64,000 nucleotides of DNA. Origin: a virus. The notes under the pieces are model-generated. The model searched no databases. It saw nothing but the letters and a program-made list of their open reading frames with translations, and had not been told where the DNA came from. The translations under genes and the position numbers were made by a program. The stretch lies in the IMG/VR virus record IMGVR_UViG_3300021963_000034, positions 1 through 64,000 of that record, one strand, 5' to 3'. Each line of letters opens with the position of its first letter. Positions within the stretch are counted from its first letter, which is position 1. Below, one piece after another: positions 1-7,684 of the stretch.

Positions 1-122
1 TTGTTATGTTAAACTCTATTCAGAAAGAACAAAAATCAAATGTTCTGACTTCACAAGATATTGCCTGGCAAGAGGCAAGACGCCAACGCAAAGTAAAGCG
101 TTTGGATTTTGAGGTTCGCTGA
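1..122 (+). CDS. 3' end of a hypothetical protein (partial; ...EARRQRKVKRLDFEVR*)
   Basis: Open frame from the window edge to TGA at 120-122. Confidence 0.6.
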   Translation, partial: VMLNSIQKEQKSNVLTSQDIAWQEARRQRKVKRLDFEVR

Positions 123-134
123 ACCTCTAATATT

Positions 135-220
135 GGAAGATTGGCCGAGTGGTTGATGGCGATAGTCTTGAAAACTATTAACGTTAATAGCGTTCCAGGG
201 TTCGAATCCCTGATCTTCCT
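135..220 (+). tRNA. trnS: tRNA-Ser(UGA)
   Basis: Acceptor GGAAGAT/ATCTTCC, anticodon arm ATAGT-CTTGAAA-ACTAT, long variable arm, GGTTCGAATCC T-loop; no encoded CCA. Confidence 0.95.
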
Positions 221-333
221 TTAAGAAAAATTACAAATTTAATAATTCCTTCAACAGTGTTACTGAATGAACACAAAAGTTGACTTTGAAAGGTTAGTGA
301 TTAGTATATAGTAGTATACTAAGATAAAGACCT

Positions 334-483
334 ATGGATCAGCACACCTACCTTAACTGGGTGAAGATCAAGGAGACCTTTGAAGAGTCTGGTAATACAG
401 ACAATATGTTTTACAAAAGATCAGTTGAAATTGTGAAAACCCGAAGAGATCCTCTCGCAAAATTTCTTGGAGATGAGAAATGA
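334..483 (+). CDS. hypothetical protein (49 aa, MDQHTYLNWVKIKETFEESG...)
   Basis: Hand-translated ORF; stop overlaps next start (ATGA). Confidence 0.7.
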   Translation: MDQHTYLNWVKIKETFEESGNTDNMFYKRSVEIVKTRRDPLAKFLGDEK

Positions 484-686
484 TGGAACCTTTCGATGAT
501 GATTATGTAACTCGCACAGAAGTGCAGGAGATGATCGATGCAGCAATACGACGACACAACCGTAATGCTTCTATCATTAGTATGTGCGTCGGTTGGGTGG
601 TTCTTGCTTTATTTGCTGAGGGACTGCTGAGGTTAGTTGGAGTAATTCCCCCATTACTACCATGGCTCAAAATCACTCTGAACTAA
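480..686 (+). CDS. small membrane hypothetical protein
   Basis: ORF track; one hydrophobic segment; operon packing. Confidence 0.7.
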   Translation: MMEPFDDDYVTRTEVQEMIDAAIRRHNRNASIISMCVGWVVLALFAEGLLRLVGVIPPLLPWLKITLN

Positions 687-952
687 TTTTTTTGGTTCCG
701 TGGTTTGTTCTTTTAGTTATTTCTATATCAATGTTTGTGCAGGGATGGATGATTATGAATGCTCATCATGGGTATTCAAAAAGTCCAAAAGTCAAACACC
801 CAGAATTAAACGACGTTAAGGCAGGAGATCCTTTACTGGTGATTAGATTTACAGAAGAAGATTTACAAGAACTACACCAAAGAATTCTTCAACAAAAAAT
901 GGATGAACTCTTTGAAGAACCATCTACTTACGAGGATGAAGAGGATGACTAA
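662..952 (+). CDS. membrane-anchored hypothetical protein (DUF2973-like)
   Basis: N-terminal TM helix, HPEL motif, acidic tail. Confidence 0.6.
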   Translation: MAQNHSELIFLVPWFVLLVISISMFVQGWMIMNAHHGYSKSPKVKHPELNDVKAGDPLLVIRFTEEDLQELHQRILQQKMDELFEEPSTYEDEEDD

Positions 953-1037
953 AACGCTTTTAACTTTAACGCTCATTTACGGTTCAACCATGGCAATTTG
1001 GATTGTCTGGGGATTAAATAGCGCATATCCACAATAG
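945..1037 (+). CDS. 30-aa single-TM protein, possible NdhQ-like NDH-1 subunit
   Basis: MTKTLLTLTLIYGSTMAIWIVWGLNSAYPQ; C-terminal IxWxLxxAY pattern resembles NdhQ; not in ORF track. Confidence 0.45.
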   Translation: MTKTLLTLTLIYGSTMAIWIVWGLNSAYPQ

Positions 1038-1047
1038 GAGTTAATGG

Positions 1048-1701
1048 ATGAAGATTTTTCTAGATACTGCTGATGTTTCACTAATTGCACCAGCATATGA
1101 AACGGGAATACTAGATGGTGTCACTACAAATCCATCACTTATTCTCAAAAGCGGAAGACAACTTCTAGACGTTATCGCAGAGATTTCAAGTGAATTTAAA
1201 AACTTGGAAAGTATCTCCGCAGAAGTTGTAGCAGATACATCTGAAGAAATGCTTTCGCAAGCAGAAAAGTATTACACGATTGCACCTGTAGTTACGATTA
1301 AAGTTCCTTGTACAGTGGAGGGACTTAAAGCATGTAAGTTTCTTACTGATAATGGAATACAAGTCAATGTAACTTTGGTGTTTTCAGTTTCCCAAGCAAT
1401 ATTAGCATCTAAGGCAGGTGCAACATTCATTTCACCTTTTGTAGGTCGTTGGATGGATAATTCAATTGATGGTATTGAGTTAATCAAAAATATCCGTAAG
1501 GCATTTGATTACTCTGGAACAAAAACCCAAATCCTTGCTGCATCTCTTCGTGATGTAAGACAAGTTGAGCAATCTGCATTAAACGGTGCTGATGTAGTTA
1601 CCATTCCACCAATTGTATTCTGGGGAATGTATAAGAATATTATGACTGATAAAGGATTGGAATTATTTCAAAAAGATTGGGAAGAAGTTCTTAAAAAATG
1701 A
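1048..1701 (+). CDS. talC: transaldolase (TalC/FSA family)
   Basis: FLDTAD, GVTTNPSL, TIKVP, NVTLVFS, SPFVGR, ILAASLR motifs. Confidence 0.97.
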   Translation: MKIFLDTADVSLIAPAYETGILDGVTTNPSLILKSGRQLLDVIAEISSEFKNLESISAEVVADTSEEMLSQAEKYYTIAPVVTIKVPCTVEGLKACKFLTDNGIQVNVTLVFSVSQAILASKAGATFISPFVGRWMDNSIDGIELIKNIRKAFDYSGTKTQILAASLRDVRQVEQSALNGADVVTIPPIVFWGMYKNIMTDKGLELFQKDWEEVLKK

Positions 1702-1904
1702 AAAAAGAACATGAATGTTGGAACTTTGTGATGTCTTCTTTTGCAAGAATTTATGGAGTACCAAAAATGAAAAGTGATGAAAGAATTCATGCATTCGCAT
1801 TAGAATGGTGCGATGAAAATAATTATACTTGTGATATTCATTTAGATGATTTGAGAAAAGTTGATGCTTATTTTAAACAACAATACGAAAATTGGGAGGG
1901 TTAG
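1698..1904 (+). CDS. hypothetical protein (paralog of 3032-3235)
   Basis: ORF track; overlaps talC stop. Confidence 0.75.
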   Translation: MKKEHECWNFVMSSFARIYGVPKMKSDERIHAFALEWCDENNYTCDIHLDDLRKVDAYFKQQYENWEG

Positions 1905-2939
1905 ATGAAAATAGGACTGATTGGACTGGGACGTATGGGAGAAGGTATGTCCCGTCGTATGATGAAAGCGGGTATTGAAGTTTGGGGGTATAGAAGAAAT
2001 TATGAAAAAGCAAACGAAACTTTTGAAAATGGATTTGTTAATGGAATTGCAACTAATATTGAAAGCCTTGTTAAAGTAGTTAAACAAAACAATAAAGGTG
2101 GATCACAACCAGGCATATTCCAAATGGTTGTCCCTGCCGAAACAGTAGAGGAAACAATCAATGAGTTACTACGATATTGTAGTGAAGGAGATATTATTAT
2201 TGATCATGGCAATAGCAATTTTAAAGACAGTAGGAAAAGAGCAGAACGCTTGGCAAAACTGGGTATCCAATATATTGATTGTGGTACTAGCGGTGGTGTT
2301 TATGGTTTGGATCGTGGATACTGTCTTATGGTTGGTGGCGGAAATACTGCGGTCGCCACTTGTTCGCGCATTTTTGATGCCCTTGCCCCAGGAATCAATG
2401 CTGCCCCAAGGACTCAATTTGACTCGGACATAACTTCTGCAGAGTATGGATGGTTGCATTGTGGTGGTCCAGGTGCTGGACACTTTGTGAAGATGGTGCA
2501 TAACGGCATTGAATATGGAATGATGCAAGCATATGCTGAAGGATTTAATATCTTAAAGAATGCAAATAATGGAGCACAATATGTCAGAGAAGGAGATGCT
2601 GAGGTCGCTCCAATGGCAGATCCAGAAAGTTATTGCTATGATATTGACGTTGCTGAGGTGGCTGAGTTATGGCGTCGCGGTAGTGTGGTTGGCAGTTGGT
2701 TACTCGATCTTACTGCTGATGTGTTACGCAGGGATGGTAGCCTTAAACAGTTCTCTGGTGGAGTTTCCGATAGCGGTGAGGGTCGTTGGACTGTTTCTGC
2801 CGCTGTGGACCTGGGGGTTCCCGCTCCTGTCATTACTACTGCCCTTTTTGAAAGATTTAATTCACGCAATCTCGGATCATTCGGAGCAAAAATCCTGAAC
2901 GGAATGCGATACATGTTTGGAGGTCATCATGTTAGGTAA
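1905..2939 (+). CDS. gnd: 6-phosphogluconate dehydrogenase (decarboxylating, short type)
   Basis: GLIGLGRMG, IDHGNS, DCGTSGG, GAGHFVKMVHNGIEYG, DSGEGRW, FGGH motifs. Confidence 0.97.
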   Translation: MKIGLIGLGRMGEGMSRRMMKAGIEVWGYRRNYEKANETFENGFVNGIATNIESLVKVVKQNNKGGSQPGIFQMVVPAETVEETINELLRYCSEGDIIIDHGNSNFKDSRKRAERLAKLGIQYIDCGTSGGVYGLDRGYCLMVGGGNTAVATCSRIFDALAPGINAAPRTQFDSDITSAEYGWLHCGGPGAGHFVKMVHNGIEYGMMQAYAEGFNILKNANNGAQYVREGDAEVAPMADPESYCYDIDVAEVAELWRRGSVVGSWLLDLTADVLRRDGSLKQFSGGVSDSGEGRWTVSAAVDLGVPAPVITTALFERFNSRNLGSFGAKILNGMRYMFGGHHVR

Positions 2940-3048
2940 AGCACTATTATTCGTTGCTATTCCATTTGTGTTATCTACACTTTACTTTGGAACACGAGGA
3001 GGATACTATGACTCCAAAGACTATAAGGGAAATGGAACCGCACATTAG
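2929..3048 (+). CDS. ndhP: NdhP-like small subunit of cyanobacterial NDH-1L
   Basis: MLGKALLFVAIPFVLSTLYFGTRGGYYDSKDYKGNGTAH: TM helix plus the FGTxxGxYDxxxYxGNGxAH signature; not in ORF track. Confidence 0.85.
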   Translation: MLGKALLFVAIPFVLSTLYFGTRGGYYDSKDYKGNGTAH

Positions 3049-3235
3049 GCAGAGATATTGATTTGCAATGTCTGCCTTTTCAAGAATGCTTGGAGTAAAG
3101 ACTGCTGCTAATGATATACATATTAAACAGTTCTGTATTGAATGGTCACATTGGGATGTTCAATCTCCTTTACAGGGACTTGACGAAGCGGACCAATACA
3201 TGTATTATGAATACAAGAACTGGAGAGGAAGATGA
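3032..3235 (+). pseudogene. hypothetical gene with in-frame TGA at codon 10 (paralog of 1698-1904)
   Basis: MEPHIRQRY*FAMSAFSRMLGV...YKNWRGR aligns with WNFVMSSFARIYGV...YENWEG. Confidence 0.55.
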
Positions 3236-3348
3236 TTTTCCACTTGGTTGAAACACTAGCAGCAAGTCCTTTTTTTCTTTTTCTATGTGGATGTGGGTTG
3301 ACAATCGTACCATTTGCTGGTATTATGTACATACATAAAAGCAAATAA
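3232..3348 (+). CDS. small membrane protein (38 aa)
   Basis: MIFHLVETLAASPFFLFLCGCGLTIVPFAGIMYIHKSK; ATGA overlap with upstream ORF. Confidence 0.65.
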   Translation: MIFHLVETLAASPFFLFLCGCGLTIVPFAGIMYIHKSK

Positions 3349-3422
3349 CGGGGTGTAGCGCAGTTTGGTAGCGCGGTTGCTTTGGGAGCAATAGGTCGCA
3401 GGTTCGAATCCTGTCACCCCGA
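3349..3422 (+). tRNA. trnP: tRNA-Pro(UGG)
   Basis: CGGGGTG/CACCCCG acceptor, loop TTTGGGA, GGTTCGAATCC. Confidence 0.95.
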
Positions 3423-3446
3423 TTAAAATTATTTTTACATCATAAA

Positions 3447-4031
3447 ATGGCGGAACATCTTATTGCACAACCTTATTTTCTTTATTCTGAAGTAATTCCT
3501 TCTGATCTTGTTGATTTGATTCTTAAAGAAGTAAATGAAATTCCTTCGAATGAATATTGTTTAGGTGAAGTTCAATCCTCTTCGGATCATCATGAGTATG
3601 AAATTTCAGAAAAAACTAGAAATTCAAAAATTTCTTGGTGGAATGAAGAACATTGGACTGCGTTAATATTTTCTCATTATTTTAATAAATCTAACAGAGA
3701 AAATTGGGAATATGATTTAGATCATCTTGATGACATACAAGTTAGTACATATAATGAAGGAGATCACTATACGTGGCATTGTGATTATGGAACTTCAACA
3801 GATGATAGATACACAAGAAAAATAAGTGCATCTTTACTTGTTACAGATCCTTCTGAATATGAAGGTGGTGACTTAGAATTAATTGACTATCACAATAATT
3901 TAATTGTTGCTCCAAAACAAAAGGGAACAATTGTTGTCTTTGATTCTAGAGTTCCTCATAGAGTTACTCCAGTTACAAAAGGAAAACGAATATCGATAGT
4001 ATCGTGGATGTTAGGTCCTAAATTAAGATAA
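3447..4031 (+). CDS. 2OG-Fe(II) oxygenase (prolyl-hydroxylase-like)
   Basis: WHCD...YEGGDL...HRVTPVTKGKRISIVSW: HxD...H...R. Confidence 0.9.
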   Translation: MAEHLIAQPYFLYSEVIPSDLVDLILKEVNEIPSNEYCLGEVQSSSDHHEYEISEKTRNSKISWWNEEHWTALIFSHYFNKSNRENWEYDLDHLDDIQVSTYNEGDHYTWHCDYGTSTDDRYTRKISASLLVTDPSEYEGGDLELIDYHNNLIVAPKQKGTIVVFDSRVPHRVTPVTKGKRISIVSWMLGPKLR

Positions 4032-4056
4032 ATTTATTAAACTTTAAATCAAATTT

Positions 4057-4299
4057 ATGAAAAACCAAAATTCAGAAACTGAAGAATTATCAAATATTCC
4101 AAAGTTTACAGTTGAAGAATTTCAAGAAAATTTTGACAATTTAATGAATAGGGTTGAAAACGGTGAATCAATTATAATTACAAGTGATCATGGAAATGCA
4201 GTTATGGTTCCATATAAAGAAGTAATTGAAATATTTAAAGAATCAGGTATAGATGAAGAACTAATACGAATACACACAGACCACGAAGAAGGTTCTTGA
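4057..4299 (+). CDS. Phd/YefM-like antitoxin-fold protein (orphan)
   Basis: FTVEEFQENFDNLMNRVENGESIIIT..GNAVMVP matches the Phd/YefM N-terminal pattern. Confidence 0.65.
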   Translation: MKNQNSETEELSNIPKFTVEEFQENFDNLMNRVENGESIIITSDHGNAVMVPYKEVIEIFKESGIDEELIRIHTDHEEGS

Positions 4300-4324
4300 C
4301 AAAGCGTTCCAGATCCGCTATTAT
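4296..4324 (+). promoter_or_regulatory. sigma70-type promoter for the tRNA pair
   Basis: TTGACA-N17-TATTAT. Confidence 0.75.
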
Positions 4325-4338
4325 AGATCTGGATTCAA

Positions 4339-4410
4339 GGGAGTATAGCTTAATGGTTAGAGCGGGCTCCTTATAAGGGCTTAGTCTGGGTTCAACTCCC
4401 AGTATTCCCA
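4339..4410 (+). tRNA. trnI: tRNA-Ile(UAU)
   Basis: GGGAGTA/TATTCCC acceptor; anticodon arm GGCTC-CTTATAA-GGGCT; GGTTCAACTCC. Confidence 0.9.
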
Positions 4411-4412
4411 TC

Positions 4413-4485
4413 GCTCCTTTAGCAATCTGGTGAATGCAGCGAACTCATAATTCGCCTGAGGCGTGTTCGATCCACGCAAGGAGCA
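4413..4485 (+). tRNA. trnM: tRNA-Met(CAU)
   Basis: GCTCCTT/AAGGAGC acceptor; GCGAA-CTCATAA-TTCGC; GTTCGATCC. Confidence 0.9.
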
Positions 4486-4486
4486 C

Positions 4487-4516
4487 TTGACAGATTGCCT
4501 GTCAAACCTTTATAAT
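4487..4516 (+). promoter_or_regulatory. sigma70-type promoter
   Basis: TTGACA-N18-TATAAT. Confidence 0.7.
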
Positions 4517-4538
4517 AACAAGGTCAACATTCAAAACA

Positions 4539-4754
4539 ATGACTCTCACAACAAAATTCAAGAAAGATGTTCAAACCCTTCGTGGTGCAGCAAATGGCGA
4601 TTTCTACCTTGATGTAAAGAATCCGAAACTCTACAAAAAGGTTCGTCGTTTCTACGAAAACGAAGGTGTAGTGTTCTCTGGTGATCCTCTGGATGATTAT
4701 GAGATGCTTATGGAATATGTTCTTGCTGATCTTGAATCCGTTGAGGTTGCATGA
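4539..4754 (+). CDS. hypothetical protein
   Basis: ORF track; follows promoter. Confidence 0.75.
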   Translation: MTLTTKFKKDVQTLRGAANGDFYLDVKNPKLYKKVRRFYENEGVVFSGDPLDDYEMLMEYVLADLESVEVA

Positions 4755-4996
4755 CAACACGACTTCCTAAAGTACTTTTGGAACGTGAAGGATACCGCTT
4801 TGTAGAAGTTGGTATTATTGAGTTAAACGGTAAACCTGATTACCGTCTCCAAAAACAAAATGAATACACAAAACGCTGGAATGACATTTATCTTTTTGAT
4901 AATGTTCTACAATGTTCTACTGCAATGGAGGATATTGAATATGCGAAATGGTTAGATCCAGATCGTGTTCCATGTTATGTAAAAGATGATGATTAA
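4751..4996 (+). CDS. hypothetical protein
   Basis: ORF track; ATGA overlap. Confidence 0.75.
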   Translation: MTTRLPKVLLEREGYRFVEVGIIELNGKPDYRLQKQNEYTKRWNDIYLFDNVLQCSTAMEDIEYAKWLDPDRVPCYVKDDD

Positions 4997-5399
4997 ATAG
5001 ACACGGATGGTCTATAACAGCACTGGTCGGGAGCAAACCCCTTTATGTCAAAAACAAGTATCTTAAGATACATTGGAAACTCTCTCCTTATCGTTGGTTA
5101 TCAAATCATGTTATGGGGAGATTTCAAATATGGACTGCTAGTAAAGTTTATTGGTGGTGCTTTAACAATACCGTTTGCGATAAAACTAAAACTCTATGAT
5201 GTTTTAGTTTTATGTTTGTTCTTTTCTGTAAATGAATTAGCAAAATTATCGCAACTTTTCCTAGTTTCTTAAAACTAGGTGGTGGAGTCAAATGACCCTC
5301 GTTTGGTTTCTTGCTTTTCCATAAAAAAGCAAGTGGTGCGGATGGGACTCTCTCCCGCCTGGTTTCCAATTTCCAGTCAAAGAATTGGTGGCGAGCCTG
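4997..5399 (+). ncRNA. cyanophage structured RNA of manA/wcaG type, with ORF 5045-5272 lying inside it
   Basis: Hairpin ATAGAC/GTCTAT then TGGTCGGG..CCC (4997-5041); three stem-loop modules each followed by TGGYG (CTAG/CTAG, CTTGC/GCAAG, CCAATT/AATTGG; 5258-5399); near tRNAs and upstream of sugar-nucleotide genes, the context described for these motifs. Exact family uncertain. Confidence 0.65.
5045..5272 (+). CDS. small multi-TM membrane protein
   Basis: ORF track; three hydrophobic segments. Confidence 0.7.
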   Translation: MSKTSILRYIGNSLLIVGYQIMLWGDFKYGLLVKFIGGALTIPFAIKLKLYDVLVLCLFFSVNELAKLSQLFLVS

Positions 5400-5408
5400 A
5401 ATACTATA

Positions 5409-5445
5409 AAGAGAAGTTGCATAAACTTCTCTTTTTTTGTATAAT
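5409..5445 (+). terminator. intrinsic terminator fused with a sigma70 promoter for gmd
   Basis: AGAGAAGTT-GCATA-AACTTCTCT + T-run; TTGCAT-N17-TATAAT overlaps it. Confidence 0.75.
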
Positions 5446-5465
5446 ATCATAAGTGATAATCTGAT

Positions 5466-6473
5466 ATGAAAAAAGCATTAATTACTGGTATTACTGGACA
5501 AGATGGTTCATACCTTGCAGAGTTACTTTTGAAAAAAGGATATGAAGTTCATGGCACAATCCGAAGAAGTTCTACTATTAACAATAGTAGAATTAATCAT
5601 CTATCTGATGATGTCTCCTTACATCACGCAGATTTAACTGATGCAACAAATATTCTTCATGTAATCCAAGAAGTTCAACCAACTGAAATTTATAATCTTG
5701 CTGCGCAAAGTCATGTAAAAGTATCTTTTCAAATGCCTGCATATACTGCAGAGGTTGATGCCTTAGGTGCCGTTCGCATTTTACATAGTCTTTGTATTTT
5801 GGGCATGGAAAAAGATGTTCGTTTTTATCAAGCATCAACTTCAGAAATGTTTGGTTTAGTTCAAGAAATTCCACAAAAGGAAACTACGCAATTTTATCCA
5901 CGTTCTCCTTATGGTGTAGCAAAACTTTATGGACATTGGATTACTAAAAACTATAGAGAATCTATGGGAATTCATGCAAGTTCAGGAATTCTCTTTAATC
6001 ACGAGTCTCCTAGAAGAGGAGAAACTTTTGTCACTCGTAAGATTGCAATTGGACTATCAAAAGTTAAAACTGGTCTCTTGGATTGTTTGCCATTAGGAAA
6101 CTTAAACGCAAAACGTGATTGGGGACATGCTAAAGATTTTGTAGAGGCAATGTGGTTAATGCTTCAACAAGATGTTCCTGATGATTATGTTATTGCAACT
6201 GAAGAGCAGCATTCTGTACGTGAATTTGTAGAACGATGTGCTCCATATTTTGGTATGAATATTGAATGGCATGGAGAAGATCTTGAAGAAATTGGTATTG
6301 ATACTGTTACTGGTAAAGTTGTAATTAGAGTTGATGATAAGTATTTTCGTCCATCTGAAGTAGAAACTCTTGTTGGAGATTCTTCTAAGGCAAGAGAAAA
6401 ACTGGGATGGTCTCCAAAAATTTCTTTCGATGATCTAGTTAAAGATATGTGTCTAAATGAATTAAAATTTTAA
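5466..6473 (+). CDS. gmd: GDP-mannose 4,6-dehydratase
   Basis: [52 protein letters not shown]. Confidence 0.97.
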   Translation: MKKALITGITGQDGSYLAELLLKKGYEVHGTIRRSSTINNSRINHLSDDVSLHHADLTDATNILHVIQEVQPTEIYNLAAQSHVKVSFQMPAYTAEVDALGAVRILHSLCILGMEKDVRFYQASTSEMFGLVQEIPQKETTQFYPRSPYGVAKLYGHWITKNYRESMGIHASSGILFNHESPRRGETFVTRKIAIGLSKVKTGLLDCLPLGNLNAKRDWGHAKDFVEAMWLMLQQDVPDDYVIATEEQHSVREFVERCAPYFGMNIEWHGEDLEEIGIDTVTGKVVIRVDDKYFRPSEVETLVGDSSKAREKLGWSPKISFDDLVKDMCLNELKF

Positions 6474-6490
6474 TATTGGAGGATATTCTA

Positions 6491-7648
6491 ATGTATTGGC
6501 CTTTAATGAAAGATACGATCACCTTTAGTGATCGTTTAAAAATGGCAGCATTTTTGCTTACTAGCAGTAGGTTGACAAATGGACCAAAGGTAAAAAAGTT
6601 TGAAGACGCTTGGTCAAATTGGTTAGGTGTAAAGCATTCTCTATATGTTTCTAGTGGGAGCACTGCAAATTCATTACTTGTTTCTTCTGTAAAAGAATAT
6701 TATGGATTGAAAGATGGAGATAAAGTTTTAGTTCCTGCAACTACTTGGATGACAAACGTTGCTCCTATTATTCAATCTGGGTTACAACCTATTTTTTGTG
6801 ATATTAATTTAAAAAACTTTTCTTTTGATATTGATGAGTTAAAATATGTTGCTTCTCAGCATCCAGACATTAAGTGCGTATTTATTACTCATCTAATCGG
6901 ACTTTCTTCCGACGTAGAAAAAATTAAAGAGATATTTCCAAATGCACTTATTCTTGAGGATGTTTGTGAGTCTCATGGAGTAAGAGGTCCAGACGGTAAA
7001 AGACGAGGCACAACTTCTGTTGGTTCGACGTTTAGTTTTTATTTTGGGCATCATATTACAACTATTGAGGGTGGAATTGTTTGTACTAACAATAGTGAAC
7101 TATATGAAATAATGAGGATGAAAAGAAGTCACGGTATGGCTCGTGAAGCTTCTCCAAAGATTTTTGAAAAATATAAAAAAGAAAATCCTTATATTGATCC
7201 AGCGTTTTTATTCATTACTGATGGATACAACTTTAGAAATCATGAGATTTGTGCTGTTCTTGGGTTATCTCAACTTAAAAAATTAGATAAAAATATTGAT
7301 ATTCGTCAACAAAACTTTAGATATTGGTGGAAAAAAGTATATAAATCTTCCGAGTATATTATTCCAGAATATCAAGTTGGTAATAGTAGTTTTTCTTTCC
7401 CACTTATTTCTAAAGAAAAGAGCGTTTGTTACTATCTGAAAGAAAAACTAAAAGAGAATAGTATAGAGTATCGTCCTATTATTAGCGGAAATTTACTTTT
7501 ACATCCTGCATTTAAGCAATATAAACTTTGCACAGAAAGACAAAATCCAAATGTCTCTACTCTTCATTATAATGGTTTATATGTAGGAAATAGTCAGTTT
7601 GTGAAAACAGAACAAATAGATAGACTTACTACTCTTATGGGTCTATAA
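6491..7648 (+). CDS. PLP-dependent DegT/DnrJ-family enzyme, ColD-like GDP-4-keto-6-deoxymannose 3-dehydratase
   Basis: SSGSTAN, EDVCESHG, SFYFGHHITTIEGG (His in place of the Schiff-base Lys), GYNFR. Confidence 0.8.
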   Translation: MYWPLMKDTITFSDRLKMAAFLLTSSRLTNGPKVKKFEDAWSNWLGVKHSLYVSSGSTANSLLVSSVKEYYGLKDGDKVLVPATTWMTNVAPIIQSGLQPIFCDINLKNFSFDIDELKYVASQHPDIKCVFITHLIGLSSDVEKIKEIFPNALILEDVCESHGVRGPDGKRRGTTSVGSTFSFYFGHHITTIEGGIVCTNNSELYEIMRMKRSHGMAREASPKIFEKYKKENPYIDPAFLFITDGYNFRNHEICAVLGLSQLKKLDKNIDIRQQNFRYWWKKVYKSSEYIIPEYQVGNSSFSFPLISKEKSVCYYLKEKLKENSIEYRPIISGNLLLHPAFKQYKLCTERQNPNVSTLHYNGLYVGNSQFVKTEQIDRLTTLMGL

Positions 7649-7684
7649 TATAAATACAAAAAAATTTTTTTGAGGTGTAATTGA

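Noticed and set aside
3059-3061. Genome-wide TGA recoding
   Set aside because: TGA ends many intact genes here (talC, psbA, psbD, nadE) and no suppressor tRNA is seen
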